IMG/VR virus record: IMGVR_UViG_3300016666_000042
Coordinates: 1-36,931 of that record
DNA from: a virus
Taxonomy: Duplodnaviria; Caudoviricetes
Direction: 5' to 3' (one strand)
Length of the DNA: 36,931 nt
How positions within the stretch are numbered: the first letter of the stretch is position 1; each line of letters starts with the position of its first letter. Position numbers and translations under genes: made by a program. This document shows, piece by piece, positions 25,598-34,539 of the stretch. The notes below the pieces were generated by a model. The model did no database searches. It was given only the letters and a program-made list of their open reading frames with translations, and had not been told where the DNA came from.

Positions 25598-26247
25598 GAG
25601 TCGGCGTTTGTATTCCTTGTAGGGATGAAGTTCACACTGGTTTTGCTTTTGACTTTGCTCGAATGGCTGCACACGATGCTTCAGTACGCTGCAAGAACGG
25701 AAAAGGCGGTCTAAGCCTTTACACAATGCCTGGTACATTGATATTCGATCAGCGTGAAAAACTTGCTCAGGTTGCGTTAAAAGAAGGCTGCGATGCCATC
25801 TTGTTTATTGACAGCGACATGAGATTCCCGCCAGACATAATTGACATTATGTTAAGCAGGGAAGTAGGGATTGTTGGCGTTAACGCGGTTACCCGCAGAA
25901 AGCCATGTATGCCTACAACTAAGTTGCTGGTAAAGAGCGAGGATGAGAAGGGCATTAGGCATCACTGGTCTAATGTTGATTCTCGCGGCAAGAAAGGCAT
26001 GGATAAGGTTACGGCTGTTGGATTTGGTGCTGTAATGATCCGTAAGGAAGTATTTGAAAAGGTTGCTCAACCGTGGTTTGATGCTGGTTGGGGGCCAACT
26101 GGTGTAGTCGGTGAAGATGTGCATTTTTGCGTCAAGGCTGGAGATAATGGCTTTGATACATGGGTTGACCATGAGTTATCCATGCACATTAAGCACATTG
26201 GAACGTATGAATATGGTTGGGATGACTTCCAGCAATTAGAGGAATAA
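25594..26247 (+). CDS. GT-A fold glycosyltransferase-like protein within the head module
   Basis: Start moved to ATG 25594 (ATGA overlap); VCIP, LFIDSDM (DxD), GFGAVMIRKEVF, GEDVHFC, HIG. Confidence 0.82.
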   Translation: MRVGVCIPCRDEVHTGFAFDFARMAAHDASVRCKNGKGGLSLYTMPGTLIFDQREKLAQVALKEGCDAILFIDSDMRFPPDIIDIMLSREVGIVGVNAVTRRKPCMPTTKLLVKSEDEKGIRHHWSNVDSRGKKGMDKVTAVGFGAVMIRKEVFEKVAQPWFDAGWGPTGVVGEDVHFCVKAGDNGFDTWVDHELSMHIKHIGTYEYGWDDFQQLEE

Positions 26248-26248
26248 T

Positions 26249-26869
26249 ATGGCTTTTGACAGTTACAGCTCATTAAAAACTACGATTTCAAGCTATTTGG
26301 CTCGTAGCGACTTGGATTCTGTCATACCAGATTTTATTCGACTGGCTGAATACCGTTTGCAACGTGAACTGCGTATTCGCCAAATGCTGAAGGTTGCTCA
26401 GGCATCTACTACTGGTGGTGTTTCTACAGTAGGTATCCCGTCTGACTTCTTAGAGATGCGCGATATTCATATTGTTGCAAATCCTATAAAAACCTTGTCT
26501 TATGATACGCCCAATGGCTTTTACAGGAATACTCGTTCTGCTGAATCAGGTCTTCCAAATGCTTACACGGTTCTTGCAGACGATATGCAGTTTGCGCCAA
26601 TCCCTGATGGGACGTATCTTTTGCAGATGCTTTACTACGCAAAACCGCCTGTTCTAAGCAATACAAATCCAAGTAACGTATTTTTAGCAAATGTTCCAGA
26701 TGCACTGCTCTACGGTGCTTTAGGTGAGGCAGAACCGTATCTGATGAACGATGCTAGGCTGCAAACTTGGGCTGCTCTTTATGATCGTGCAGTGAATTCA
26801 ATATCTACTGCTGACCAAGCAAGTGAATACAGTGGTCAGCCTATGTCAATGTCTTATAACGCGAGGTAA
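26249..26869 (+). CDS. Head-tail adaptor (putative)
   Basis: YLARSDL, IPDFIRLAE, LPxDF-like, PDALLYGAL; position. Confidence 0.72.
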   Translation: MAFDSYSSLKTTISSYLARSDLDSVIPDFIRLAEYRLQRELRIRQMLKVAQASTTGGVSTVGIPSDFLEMRDIHIVANPIKTLSYDTPNGFYRNTRSAESGLPNAYTVLADDMQFAPIPDGTYLLQMLYYAKPPVLSNTNPSNVFLANVPDALLYGALGEAEPYLMNDARLQTWAALYDRAVNSISTADQASEYSGQPMSMSYNAR

Positions 26870-26872
26870 ATC

Positions 26873-27259
26873 ATGGCAGAAATGTCAAATTATCTGGAAA
26901 ATGCCCTGATTAATGGTACGATCAGAGGCACTACTTACACAGCTCCAAGCACTGTTTATGTTGGACTTTATACTACTGATCCTACAGATGCAAATACAGG
27001 TACTGAAGTATCTGGTGGCTCTTATGCTCGCACTTCTGTAACATTTGGTGCGCCTAGCAATGGTGCATCATTAAATAGCTCTGCTGTTGAATTCCCACAA
27101 GCTACTGCTGATTGGGGTACGGTAGGCTGGATTGGTCTGCTTGATGCATCTACTAGCGGAAATTTGCTGTATCACACTCCACTAGATGTATCTAAGACTA
27201 TTTCAAATGGCGATATTTTCAAGATTGCAATAGGTTCTTTGTCTGTAACTTTGGCGTAA
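26873..27259 (+). CDS. Virion structural protein
   Basis: [25 protein letters not shown]; tail module. Confidence 0.72.
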   Translation: MAEMSNYLENALINGTIRGTTYTAPSTVYVGLYTTDPTDANTGTEVSGGSYARTSVTFGAPSNGASLNSSAVEFPQATADWGTVGWIGLLDASTSGNLLYHTPLDVSKTISNGDIFKIAIGSLSVTLA

Positions 27260-27266
27260 GGTTAAT

Positions 27267-28379
27267 ATGTCAACAATTGTAACCAGAGGCGATAAAGGTG
27301 CGCCATTAACGCAGGGCGAAATGGATTCAAATTTTGTCAATTTAAATACTGACAAAGTTGAAACAGCATCAAATTCTGGTGCTTCTGGTGCATCTGTATT
27401 TCAAGCAAAAACCAATACTGATCTTGCGTTTAGAAAAATTATTGGTGGCACGAATATAACAAGTACACAAAATACTAATGATATAACAATTGCTGTTGAT
27501 TTTTCTAATGGAGTTAGGCCACCAACTGGAACTTCTTCTGTTGCTCCAATTTATTTAACATCTGGAACGAATCTTACAACAGCAACAGCAGGTGCAATTG
27601 AATATGATGGAAAAACTATTTATGCGACTCCACAAGGAACGCAACGTGGGTTAATTAATACATCGCAATTTTACAGATTAAATTCAACAGATGTTGGTGT
27701 AAATGCAACTCCTGCACAGGGTGTATTTAATGGTGGAACATCAACAGCATCATCTATTTCTGGCACAACGTTAACTGTAGGTGGCACTGTTACAGGAACT
27801 TTTGCTGTAGGTCAAACAATTTCAGGCACGGGTGTTACATCAGGAACAGTTATTACTGCTTTGGGAACTGGTACAGGTGGTGCTGGAACATACACAGTTA
27901 GTGCATCGCAAACTGTTGCTTCTACAATAATTAATTCTGCAAAAGGAGTAATACTATCAGCAAATACTGTATATGCATTTGAAGGAGTTTTTGGATTTAA
28001 TAAAACGGCTGGTGGTAGTACCTCTCATACATTTAATCCTGGATTTGGTGGAACTGCAACTTTAAATAATATTGCATATAGATTAAATAGCCAAAACGTA
28101 AGTGGAATAAGTTTTACTGAAATAGCAAGGAATGAATATCCTTATTTTATACAAACAGCAGCTGCCACAGTAGTTACAAATACAATTGCTGCATCTGCTA
28201 CATATTTATCTATGAGAATGGCAGGAACTGTATCTATAAATGTTGGCGGGACATTTATTCCACAATATAGTTTAAGTGCTGCTCCAGGGCAACCTTGGTC
28301 AACTGTAACTGGATCATATTTTTTAATATATCCTGTAGGTTCTGCTGGATCAAATACAAGTGTTGGTGCATGGGTATAA
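27267..28379 (+). CDS. Tail fibre/spike-like protein
   Basis: [22 protein letters not shown]-terminal anchor; G/T-rich beta repeats. Confidence 0.7.
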   Translation: MSTIVTRGDKGAPLTQGEMDSNFVNLNTDKVETASNSGASGASVFQAKTNTDLAFRKIIGGTNITSTQNTNDITIAVDFSNGVRPPTGTSSVAPIYLTSGTNLTTATAGAIEYDGKTIYATPQGTQRGLINTSQFYRLNSTDVGVNATPAQGVFNGGTSTASSISGTTLTVGGTVTGTFAVGQTISGTGVTSGTVITALGTGTGGAGTYTVSASQTVASTIINSAKGVILSANTVYAFEGVFGFNKTAGGSTSHTFNPGFGGTATLNNIAYRLNSQNVSGISFTEIARNEYPYFIQTAAATVVTNTIAASATYLSMRMAGTVSINVGGTFIPQYSLSAAPGQPWSTVTGSYFLIYPVGSAGSNTSVGAWV

Positions 28380-28402
28380 TTTACTAGGATTATTATAAAA
28401 TA

Positions 28403-29056
28403 ATGGGCTTAGAATACGTTTATTATGGTTATTATAATCCTGGGTATGTACAGAATGATTCTACATCCCAGACTGACGTATGTGGCCCATTTAGGCTTGA
28501 TGATTTAGATATATTCGGAAGTATAGATTCATTAGCATTTTCATTGGATGATCCAATCTGGCTGCAAACTGATGTATGTGCTTTATTTAGTAGTGGTGTA
28601 ATTAATGGATCAGCGGCAGTAACAGCTAAAGGTGCATTAGTTTATTACGCATCAGGATCTATTATAGGATCAGCTACCGTTACCGCAAGTGGAATTAGGT
28701 ATAAAGTTGGAAGTGCGGCCATTACTGGAAATGCTCAAGTTGAAGCTAATGGTGTAATTTTAATTCTTGGTGCTGCATCTGTTTTAGGAACTGCAACTGT
28801 TACTGGAATTGGCGGGGTTCAATATAGCGCATCTGGTTCAATTTTAGGTGCTGCTAATGTCGAATGTAGGCCATATTCTCAATGGTCTGGCAGAGCTGCA
28901 ATTAACTCTAATGCTGTGTTTACAGGTGCTGGTGGAATTATTGGTGAGGAATGGTCAAATGTCGTTCCAACATCTAACACATGGTCAAATATTCCGGCTA
29001 CATCCAATACTTGGACAAATGTAACGCCATCAACAAATAACTGGACGATTCAATAA
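28403..29056 (+). CDS. Virion structural protein with Gly/Ala repeats and C-terminal Trp repeats
   Basis: Repeats of xIxGxAxV; WSNVVPTSNT-WSNIPATSNT-WTNVTPSTNN-W. Confidence 0.7.
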   Translation: MGLEYVYYGYYNPGYVQNDSTSQTDVCGPFRLDDLDIFGSIDSLAFSLDDPIWLQTDVCALFSSGVINGSAAVTAKGALVYYASGSIIGSATVTASGIRYKVGSAAITGNAQVEANGVILILGAASVLGTATVTGIGGVQYSASGSILGAANVECRPYSQWSGRAAINSNAVFTGAGGIIGEEWSNVVPTSNTWSNIPATSNTWTNVTPSTNNWTIQ

Positions 29057-30480
29057 TGGCAACTACTAAGATTTTATTTGGTGAATGGCTTCCAGATCAG
29101 CCTGGTGTAACTGGAGCAATGACAGATGTAGTAAATTGCTATCCAGTTGCTAATGGATATGCACCATTTCCTAGTGAATATAATCTTTCTAATAATGCTG
29201 GTGCTGATTTATTGGTTACTTTTGCTGGTAAATATGCAGGAGTAACGACATTATTTGCTGGTTCTGCTACAAATTTATACAAATATTCTGCTGGTGATCG
29301 TGATTTAGATCCTCTTACGACTACAGGTTATACGACTGTTGAATTTTGGGATACTACGCAGTTTGGTCAAAAAATGATTGCTGCTAATGGTACTGGAAAA
29401 TTACAGTCTTATGATCTAGTTTCGAGTACTCAGTTCGCTGATTTAGCTGCTGCTGCGCCATCTGCTAAATATGTGACGGTAGTTCGTGATTTTGTTGTTG
29501 CTGCTAATGCTGCTGGCTACGAAAATCGCGTATTTTGGTCAGATATTAACAATGAAACGAACTGGACTCCTAGTTCTACCAGCCAATCTGATACGCAGGA
29601 TATACCAGATGGCGGTGATATTACAGGTTTGGCAGGTGGTGAGTACGGTTTAGTGTTTTTGGAGAGAGCAATTTACAGGATGTCGTATTCTGGCTCTCCC
29701 TATTTTTTCCAGTTTGACGCGATTAGCCGTAGTTTGGGCTGTATTGCTCCTGGTTCAGTAGCTCAATTTGGTGGTTTAACCTATTTTATTGCTGACGATG
29801 GTTTTTATGTATGTGATGGTCAATCTACAAAGAATATTGGCGAAGAAAAAGTAAATCGCTGGTTCTTTAATGACTTGTCTCGTGTTTATTTGAAGACACA
29901 TACGTCATCTGCAGTAGATCCTATTAAAAAATTGGTAATTTGGTGCTATAGAACACAGTCAGGAATGGATAGACTGATTATTTACAATATTGCACTAAAT
30001 AAATGGTCTTATTGTGATACTACAGCAACCTCTGTGGCTTCTATTTTGAATCCATCTGTTACTTTGGAAGATTTAGACCTGTATAGCGCATCTATAGACG
30101 CATTAACAGCCTCTTTAGATGATCCGCAATGGGTAGGTAATCAGCTTTTATTTGCTGGAACTTCAGGTCAAAAAGTTATTACGTTTGGCGGCACAAATAA
30201 AACTGCAAGTTTGGCAACAGGTGATTTGGATATAGGCAGAAGCGTTGTAACTTTAGCAAGACCAATAGTTGATAATGGTTCTGGCTCTGTAGCTGTAGCA
30301 AGTAGGGAATTACTTTCAGGCACAGTTAATTATGGAACTGCGGTTGCTGCTGATTCTGAGGGTAGATGTAGTCTTCGATCTGCTGGACGCTATAACAGGC
30401 TAAAAGTTACGCCGACAGGCTCAAACTGGCAGACTGCTGTAGGTGTAAATGTTGATATTGTTACGCAGGGCGTAAGATGA
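29056..30480 (+). CDS. Tail nozzle/tubular protein (P22 gp10-like, putative)
   Basis: FGEWLPDQP, RVFWSDI, GCIAPGSV, DDGFY beta-propeller-like pattern; position. Confidence 0.72.
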   Translation: MATTKILFGEWLPDQPGVTGAMTDVVNCYPVANGYAPFPSEYNLSNNAGADLLVTFAGKYAGVTTLFAGSATNLYKYSAGDRDLDPLTTTGYTTVEFWDTTQFGQKMIAANGTGKLQSYDLVSSTQFADLAAAAPSAKYVTVVRDFVVAANAAGYENRVFWSDINNETNWTPSSTSQSDTQDIPDGGDITGLAGGEYGLVFLERAIYRMSYSGSPYFFQFDAISRSLGCIAPGSVAQFGGLTYFIADDGFYVCDGQSTKNIGEEKVNRWFFNDLSRVYLKTHTSSAVDPIKKLVIWCYRTQSGMDRLIIYNIALNKWSYCDTTATSVASILNPSVTLEDLDLYSASIDALTASLDDPQWVGNQLLFAGTSGQKVITFGGTNKTASLATGDLDIGRSVVTLARPIVDNGSGSVAVASRELLSGTVNYGTAVAADSEGRCSLRSAGRYNRLKVTPTGSNWQTAVGVNVDIVTQGVR

Positions 30481-31259
30481 CGGTTCAATTTAGAACGCTT
30501 CCGCCATTTGGCGGCGATCAGAGGCAAGTTGCTGAGGTTGTTCGTGGCATTATGGACGGCAAAACGAATAATACTGGACGCATAACTCTTGCAACAGGAA
30601 ATGCAACAACAACAACTATTAATGACAGCAGAATAGGCTATGACAGCCTTATTTTTTTGACTCCATTATCAGTTAATGCTGGTAATAATTCTGTTCCATT
30701 TGGTTCATTCCAAAATACTGCGAATCAAACTGCTGCTGCCGTAAATACTCCATATACTATTACATTAAATACAACAGATGTAGCTGATGGTATTTATATA
30801 TCTAGCAATAAAATATATTTTAGAAACGCTGGAACATATAACATTCAGTTTAGTTTTCAATTTGCAAACACAGATACACAAATCCATGAGTCTTATATTT
30901 GGATTGCAAAAAATGGTACAAATATAGATGGAACTACAAGTAAATATTCAGTTATTAATAGTCATGGTGGAGTTGATGGTTATTTAATTGCTGTGGCAAA
31001 CTTTTTTGTTACTGTAGTAGCAAATGATTATATAGAATTAAAGTGGGCTGTAAGCAATACAAGTATTTATATTGAGGCTTATTCATCCTCAACAAGTCCA
31101 TTTACAAGACCATCTATTCCGTCATCTGTAGTTACTGCTACTTTGGCTTCTCCTGTTGAGTCTCCATATATATCGTCAGTTTCCCAAGGAAGTGCGATAA
31201 TTACGCACTATGCAAACAGCGTATCGGATAAAACATATGGATATATTGTGGTGGGCTGA
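30477..31259 (+). CDS. Tail structural protein with internal C1q/TNF-like domain
   Basis: GKTNNTG N-domain; GTYNIQFSFQF, WIAKNG, DYIELKW. Confidence 0.65.
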   Translation: MTVQFRTLPPFGGDQRQVAEVVRGIMDGKTNNTGRITLATGNATTTTINDSRIGYDSLIFLTPLSVNAGNNSVPFGSFQNTANQTAAAVNTPYTITLNTTDVADGIYISSNKIYFRNAGTYNIQFSFQFANTDTQIHESYIWIAKNGTNIDGTTSKYSVINSHGGVDGYLIAVANFFVTVVANDYIELKWAVSNTSIYIEAYSSSTSPFTRPSIPSSVVTATLASPVESPYISSVSQGSAIITHYANSVSDKTYGYIVVG

Positions 31260-31657
31260 TGGAATTTAGATATATTCCGCCAGATCAATTACGCGCTTGG
31301 TGGCCTTCTGTGCGTCCAGGCTTAGATAAAATCAAAACTAGGAGTCCAGAGAATTGGATAGTTGAAGATGTATATACAGACCTATTTAATGGAAAATCAA
31401 TGATATGGGTTTGTATAGAAAATAACCACTATAAAGGTTTTTTCGTATTGCAGCCAATGGGATTAACTATGCATGTTTGGGCTGGATATACGTTAGAAAA
31501 TAATCAACAAATAGTGGAAAATGGTTTAAAATACATAAAAATCTTGGCAAGTCAAGCTAATGCCAAATTTATAACATTCTCTAGTCATCGTAATGGATGG
31601 CAGCGCAGGGCGGCACAATTAGGATTCCGTCCTAAACAGTGGATATGTGAGGTCTAA
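31259..31657 (+). CDS. Hypothetical protein, possible GNAT-like fold, before ejection proteins
   Basis: GFFVL, MHVW, RNGWQR; position analogous to P22 gp14. Confidence 0.55.
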   Translation: MEFRYIPPDQLRAWWPSVRPGLDKIKTRSPENWIVEDVYTDLFNGKSMIWVCIENNHYKGFFVLQPMGLTMHVWAGYTLENNQQIVENGLKYIKILASQANAKFITFSSHRNGWQRRAAQLGFRPKQWICEV

Positions 31658-31658
31658 T

Positions 31659-32381
31659 ATGGGCGGTGGCGGCGGCGGTAGTACAACGACAACTGGTATT
31701 GATCCAATGCTCAAACCATATGTGACGTATGGTTTAGAAGAGGGCAAAAGACTGTATGAAACTGCTGGCCCACAGTTCTTCCCAGGTCAGACCTATGTTT
31801 CCCCATCTGAAGCAACGCAGCAAGCTCTGCAAATGGCCCAGCAAAGGGCTGCAACAGGTTCTCCATTGGTTCAGGCTGCACAACAGCAGCAACTCCAGAC
31901 GATTCAAGGGCGAGGCGTTAATCCATTCCTGCAGGGTGCTTTGGCAGCAGGTTATCAGCCTACCGTAGAAGCAGCTCAAGAAGCGACTCGCGGTCTGCAA
32001 AGTCAGGCATCTGCTGCTGGTCGCTATGGTTCTGGCGCAATGGCTCAAATTGCTGAACGTCAGGCATCTGCGCTTGGTCGAGGTCTTGGTAGCCAATTAG
32101 CTAATTTAGCTTATGGATCATCTGAGGCTGAGGCTGCAAGACAAGCAAATGCAATTGCTGGCGCACCACAATTGGCACAGGCAGATTATGCAGATATTCA
32201 GGCTCTGCTGAAAGCAGGTCAAGGTCAGGAAAGCTATCAACAGGCTGCATTGCAGGACGCAATAAATCGCTATAACTATGAGCAAAACTTGCCGCAAATG
32301 AAACTTCAGCAGTTTGCTAATTTGTTTAGCAATACGCCAGGTGGTCAAACTACCACAACCACTCAATCAGGAGGCAAATAA
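31659..32381 (+). CDS. Internal virion/ejection protein (putative)
   Basis: Start moved to ATG 31659 behind GAGGT; MGGGGG...GGK termini, Q/A-rich, GRYGSG. Confidence 0.72.
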   Translation: MGGGGGGSTTTTGIDPMLKPYVTYGLEEGKRLYETAGPQFFPGQTYVSPSEATQQALQMAQQRAATGSPLVQAAQQQQLQTIQGRGVNPFLQGALAAGYQPTVEAAQEATRGLQSQASAAGRYGSGAMAQIAERQASALGRGLGSQLANLAYGSSEAEAARQANAIAGAPQLAQADYADIQALLKAGQGQESYQQAALQDAINRYNYEQNLPQMKLQQFANLFSNTPGGQTTTTTQSGGK

Positions 32382-32863
32382 TGTCTGGAATGGAACCTGT
32401 ATTGATTGGTGCTGCTTTGGGTGGTGGTGGCGCGGCTGCAATGGGTAAAAATCCTATTCAGGGTGCTTTGCTTGGTGGTTTAACTGGTGGTGTATACGGT
32501 GCTGCTAGTAGTGCTGCAAGTGCTGCTGCTGGTCAAGGTTTGGCTACTGAAATGGCTGCAAATCCTGCTTTAAGTTATGGCGCATCTAATTTGCCAGCAG
32601 CGCAAACAATGGTTAATCCCGGTGTTATGAATACTTTGCGACAAGTTCCATCTGCGCTAAAAGAAGGTATTTATCAAAATCCTGGTCTTGCAATACAAGG
32701 TTTTAATGCTGCACAAAGTCTGTTGACTCCAGAACAAACTCCAATGGCTCCTGCTGGTCAAGTTCGTAGAGGTGGTCAAATGGCTCCGGTTGATTTTGCT
32801 TCTGCGCTTAATCCTTATCAGGGTTCAGTAATTAAGCCACAGCCAATTTCGCTAATAGGTTAA
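32381..32863 (+). CDS. Internal virion/ejection protein (putative)
   Basis: G/A-rich, TAATG-coupled. Confidence 0.68.
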   Translation: MSGMEPVLIGAALGGGGAAAMGKNPIQGALLGGLTGGVYGAASSAASAAAGQGLATEMAANPALSYGASNLPAAQTMVNPGVMNTLRQVPSALKEGIYQNPGLAIQGFNAAQSLLTPEQTPMAPAGQVRRGGQMAPVDFASALNPYQGSVIKPQPISLIG

Positions 32864-32865
32864 TT

Positions 32866-34539
32866 ATGTCTTTATCCGATTACATTCCTCAGCTATTCGG
32901 TTCTGCACCACAAGGTTATCAGGGCTTGCTTGGTGAGGAACAGACAAAGGCACTGCAAAAACAAGCTAATTTACAAGGTCTGTTAGGTGCTGCTGTTGCT
33001 TTATCACAAGGCATGAGTGCACAAGGTGCGCCTCGATCTGCTACGCAAAACATTCTTAGTGCTTTAGCCTCTGGTTTTGGCACAACAGGTCAGGCATATC
33101 AGCAGGGATTACAGCAGTTTGGTCAGCAGCAACAATTACAAAGTCAACTTACAAGAACAAAATCTATTGCAGAAGCAAAAGCTAAGTATCCTGATATTGC
33201 TCAACTCGCTGACATTGATCCTGCAAAGTTTGTTGAAGTCGTATCTCAAAGGGAGCTACTTAAGCCAATTACAGAAGCATATAACATTCCAGTTGGTGCG
33301 ACTTCAGGTGCTGTTGGAACTCAAGTTAATCCGCTTGTTGCTCAAAAAGAAAGACTGTTGCAGGTTAATGCTCGTCTTTCTGGCATTCCTACTAAAGAAG
33401 CAAATGCAGAGCTTAAGAGCAATCTTGAAACTATTAAATCTCTTGATGAGCAAATTAACCGTCAAGCCATATCTGGATTTGACTTTACGGCACTTAAGAA
33501 CAGTGTTCCTGAGCAACTCAAGGGTAGTGTAGATCAGTTGCGTCAATTGGCTTCTACTGGCGCTATTTCTGGTGAAAATCTGCGCGCTGGTATTGAAAGC
33601 ATACAAAAAGCATCTATTGATTATCAAAAATCTAATCTGTTCTCAAATGAGGCAGCTAAAGATTATGCAAGATCAGTGTTTGGAACGGATGATATTACAA
33701 AACTTAATCCAGATCAGCGCAATAATGTTCTTGCTTATGTTAATGCTCCAAGTGATAAAGATAAGGCAACTATTGCTAACGATGCTGTAAGGCTTCGATT
33801 TGAAACTGGTATTGCTGGAACTGTTCCTAAAGCTAGGTCTGAATTTCTTGGCAGACAAGTTCCTGCTGTTCAGCCAGCAGCAGGTGCAGCAAAAGCTGGT
33901 CAGGTTCCTTCTGCTGTAGCAGAGGTTCCAGCAGTTGCTCCTGCAAAAGCTCCAGAAGCTAAAGAATTTGTTCCATTGGTTGAGCGCCCTGATTCTGTAG
34001 TCCCGTTAAAACGTAAGCAAGAATTGATTGCTGCACAGCCAACCGCAATTCAAATTAGTAATTATGGTTTGCAACAAGTTGCAGATCAGAAAAAAGCTGC
34101 TGAAGAATTATTAAGTAATCCAGCATATATTAAAGCATTAACTCAAAAAGGTTTATTGCAAGGTGGATTATCTGCTGCATTGGCAAATAGACCAGGAACA
34201 GATACATTTGAAGCGGCTAATTTGCTTAAAAACTTGCAAACTCGTGCGTTTGTAACAGAAATTAATGCAATGAGACAGGCATCTAAGACTGGTGGAGCTG
34301 TTGGATCTGTTACAGAAAAAGAAATGGAAGCACTTTCAAATATTGGTGCTGTTCTTAAGCTTGGTATGTCTGAAGATCAGCTTAAAAAGCAATTGCAAAA
34401 ATATATTGCTCGTGCTGATAACTCAGTTAAAAACATTAAAGACGATTATTCTCGTACATATAGGTATGCTGGTGAATTTGACCAGTATACAAATCCGGCA
34501 GGACTTCCAGCAGGTGTAACTGTTGAGAGGGCTAAGTAA
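32866..34539 (+). CDS. Internal virion/ejection protein (putative)
   Basis: Q/A-rich helical; GGAVGSVTEKE motif near C-terminus. Confidence 0.72.
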   Translation: MSLSDYIPQLFGSAPQGYQGLLGEEQTKALQKQANLQGLLGAAVALSQGMSAQGAPRSATQNILSALASGFGTTGQAYQQGLQQFGQQQQLQSQLTRTKSIAEAKAKYPDIAQLADIDPAKFVEVVSQRELLKPITEAYNIPVGATSGAVGTQVNPLVAQKERLLQVNARLSGIPTKEANAELKSNLETIKSLDEQINRQAISGFDFTALKNSVPEQLKGSVDQLRQLASTGAISGENLRAGIESIQKASIDYQKSNLFSNEAAKDYARSVFGTDDITKLNPDQRNNVLAYVNAPSDKDKATIANDAVRLRFETGIAGTVPKARSEFLGRQVPAVQPAAGAAKAGQVPSAVAEVPAVAPAKAPEAKEFVPLVERPDSVVPLKRKQELIAAQPTAIQISNYGLQQVADQKKAAEELLSNPAYIKALTQKGLLQGGLSAALANRPGTDTFEAANLLKNLQTRAFVTEINAMRQASKTGGAVGSVTEKEMEALSNIGAVLKLGMSEDQLKKQLQKYIARADNSVKNIKDDYSRTYRYAGEFDQYTNPAGLPAGVTVERAK

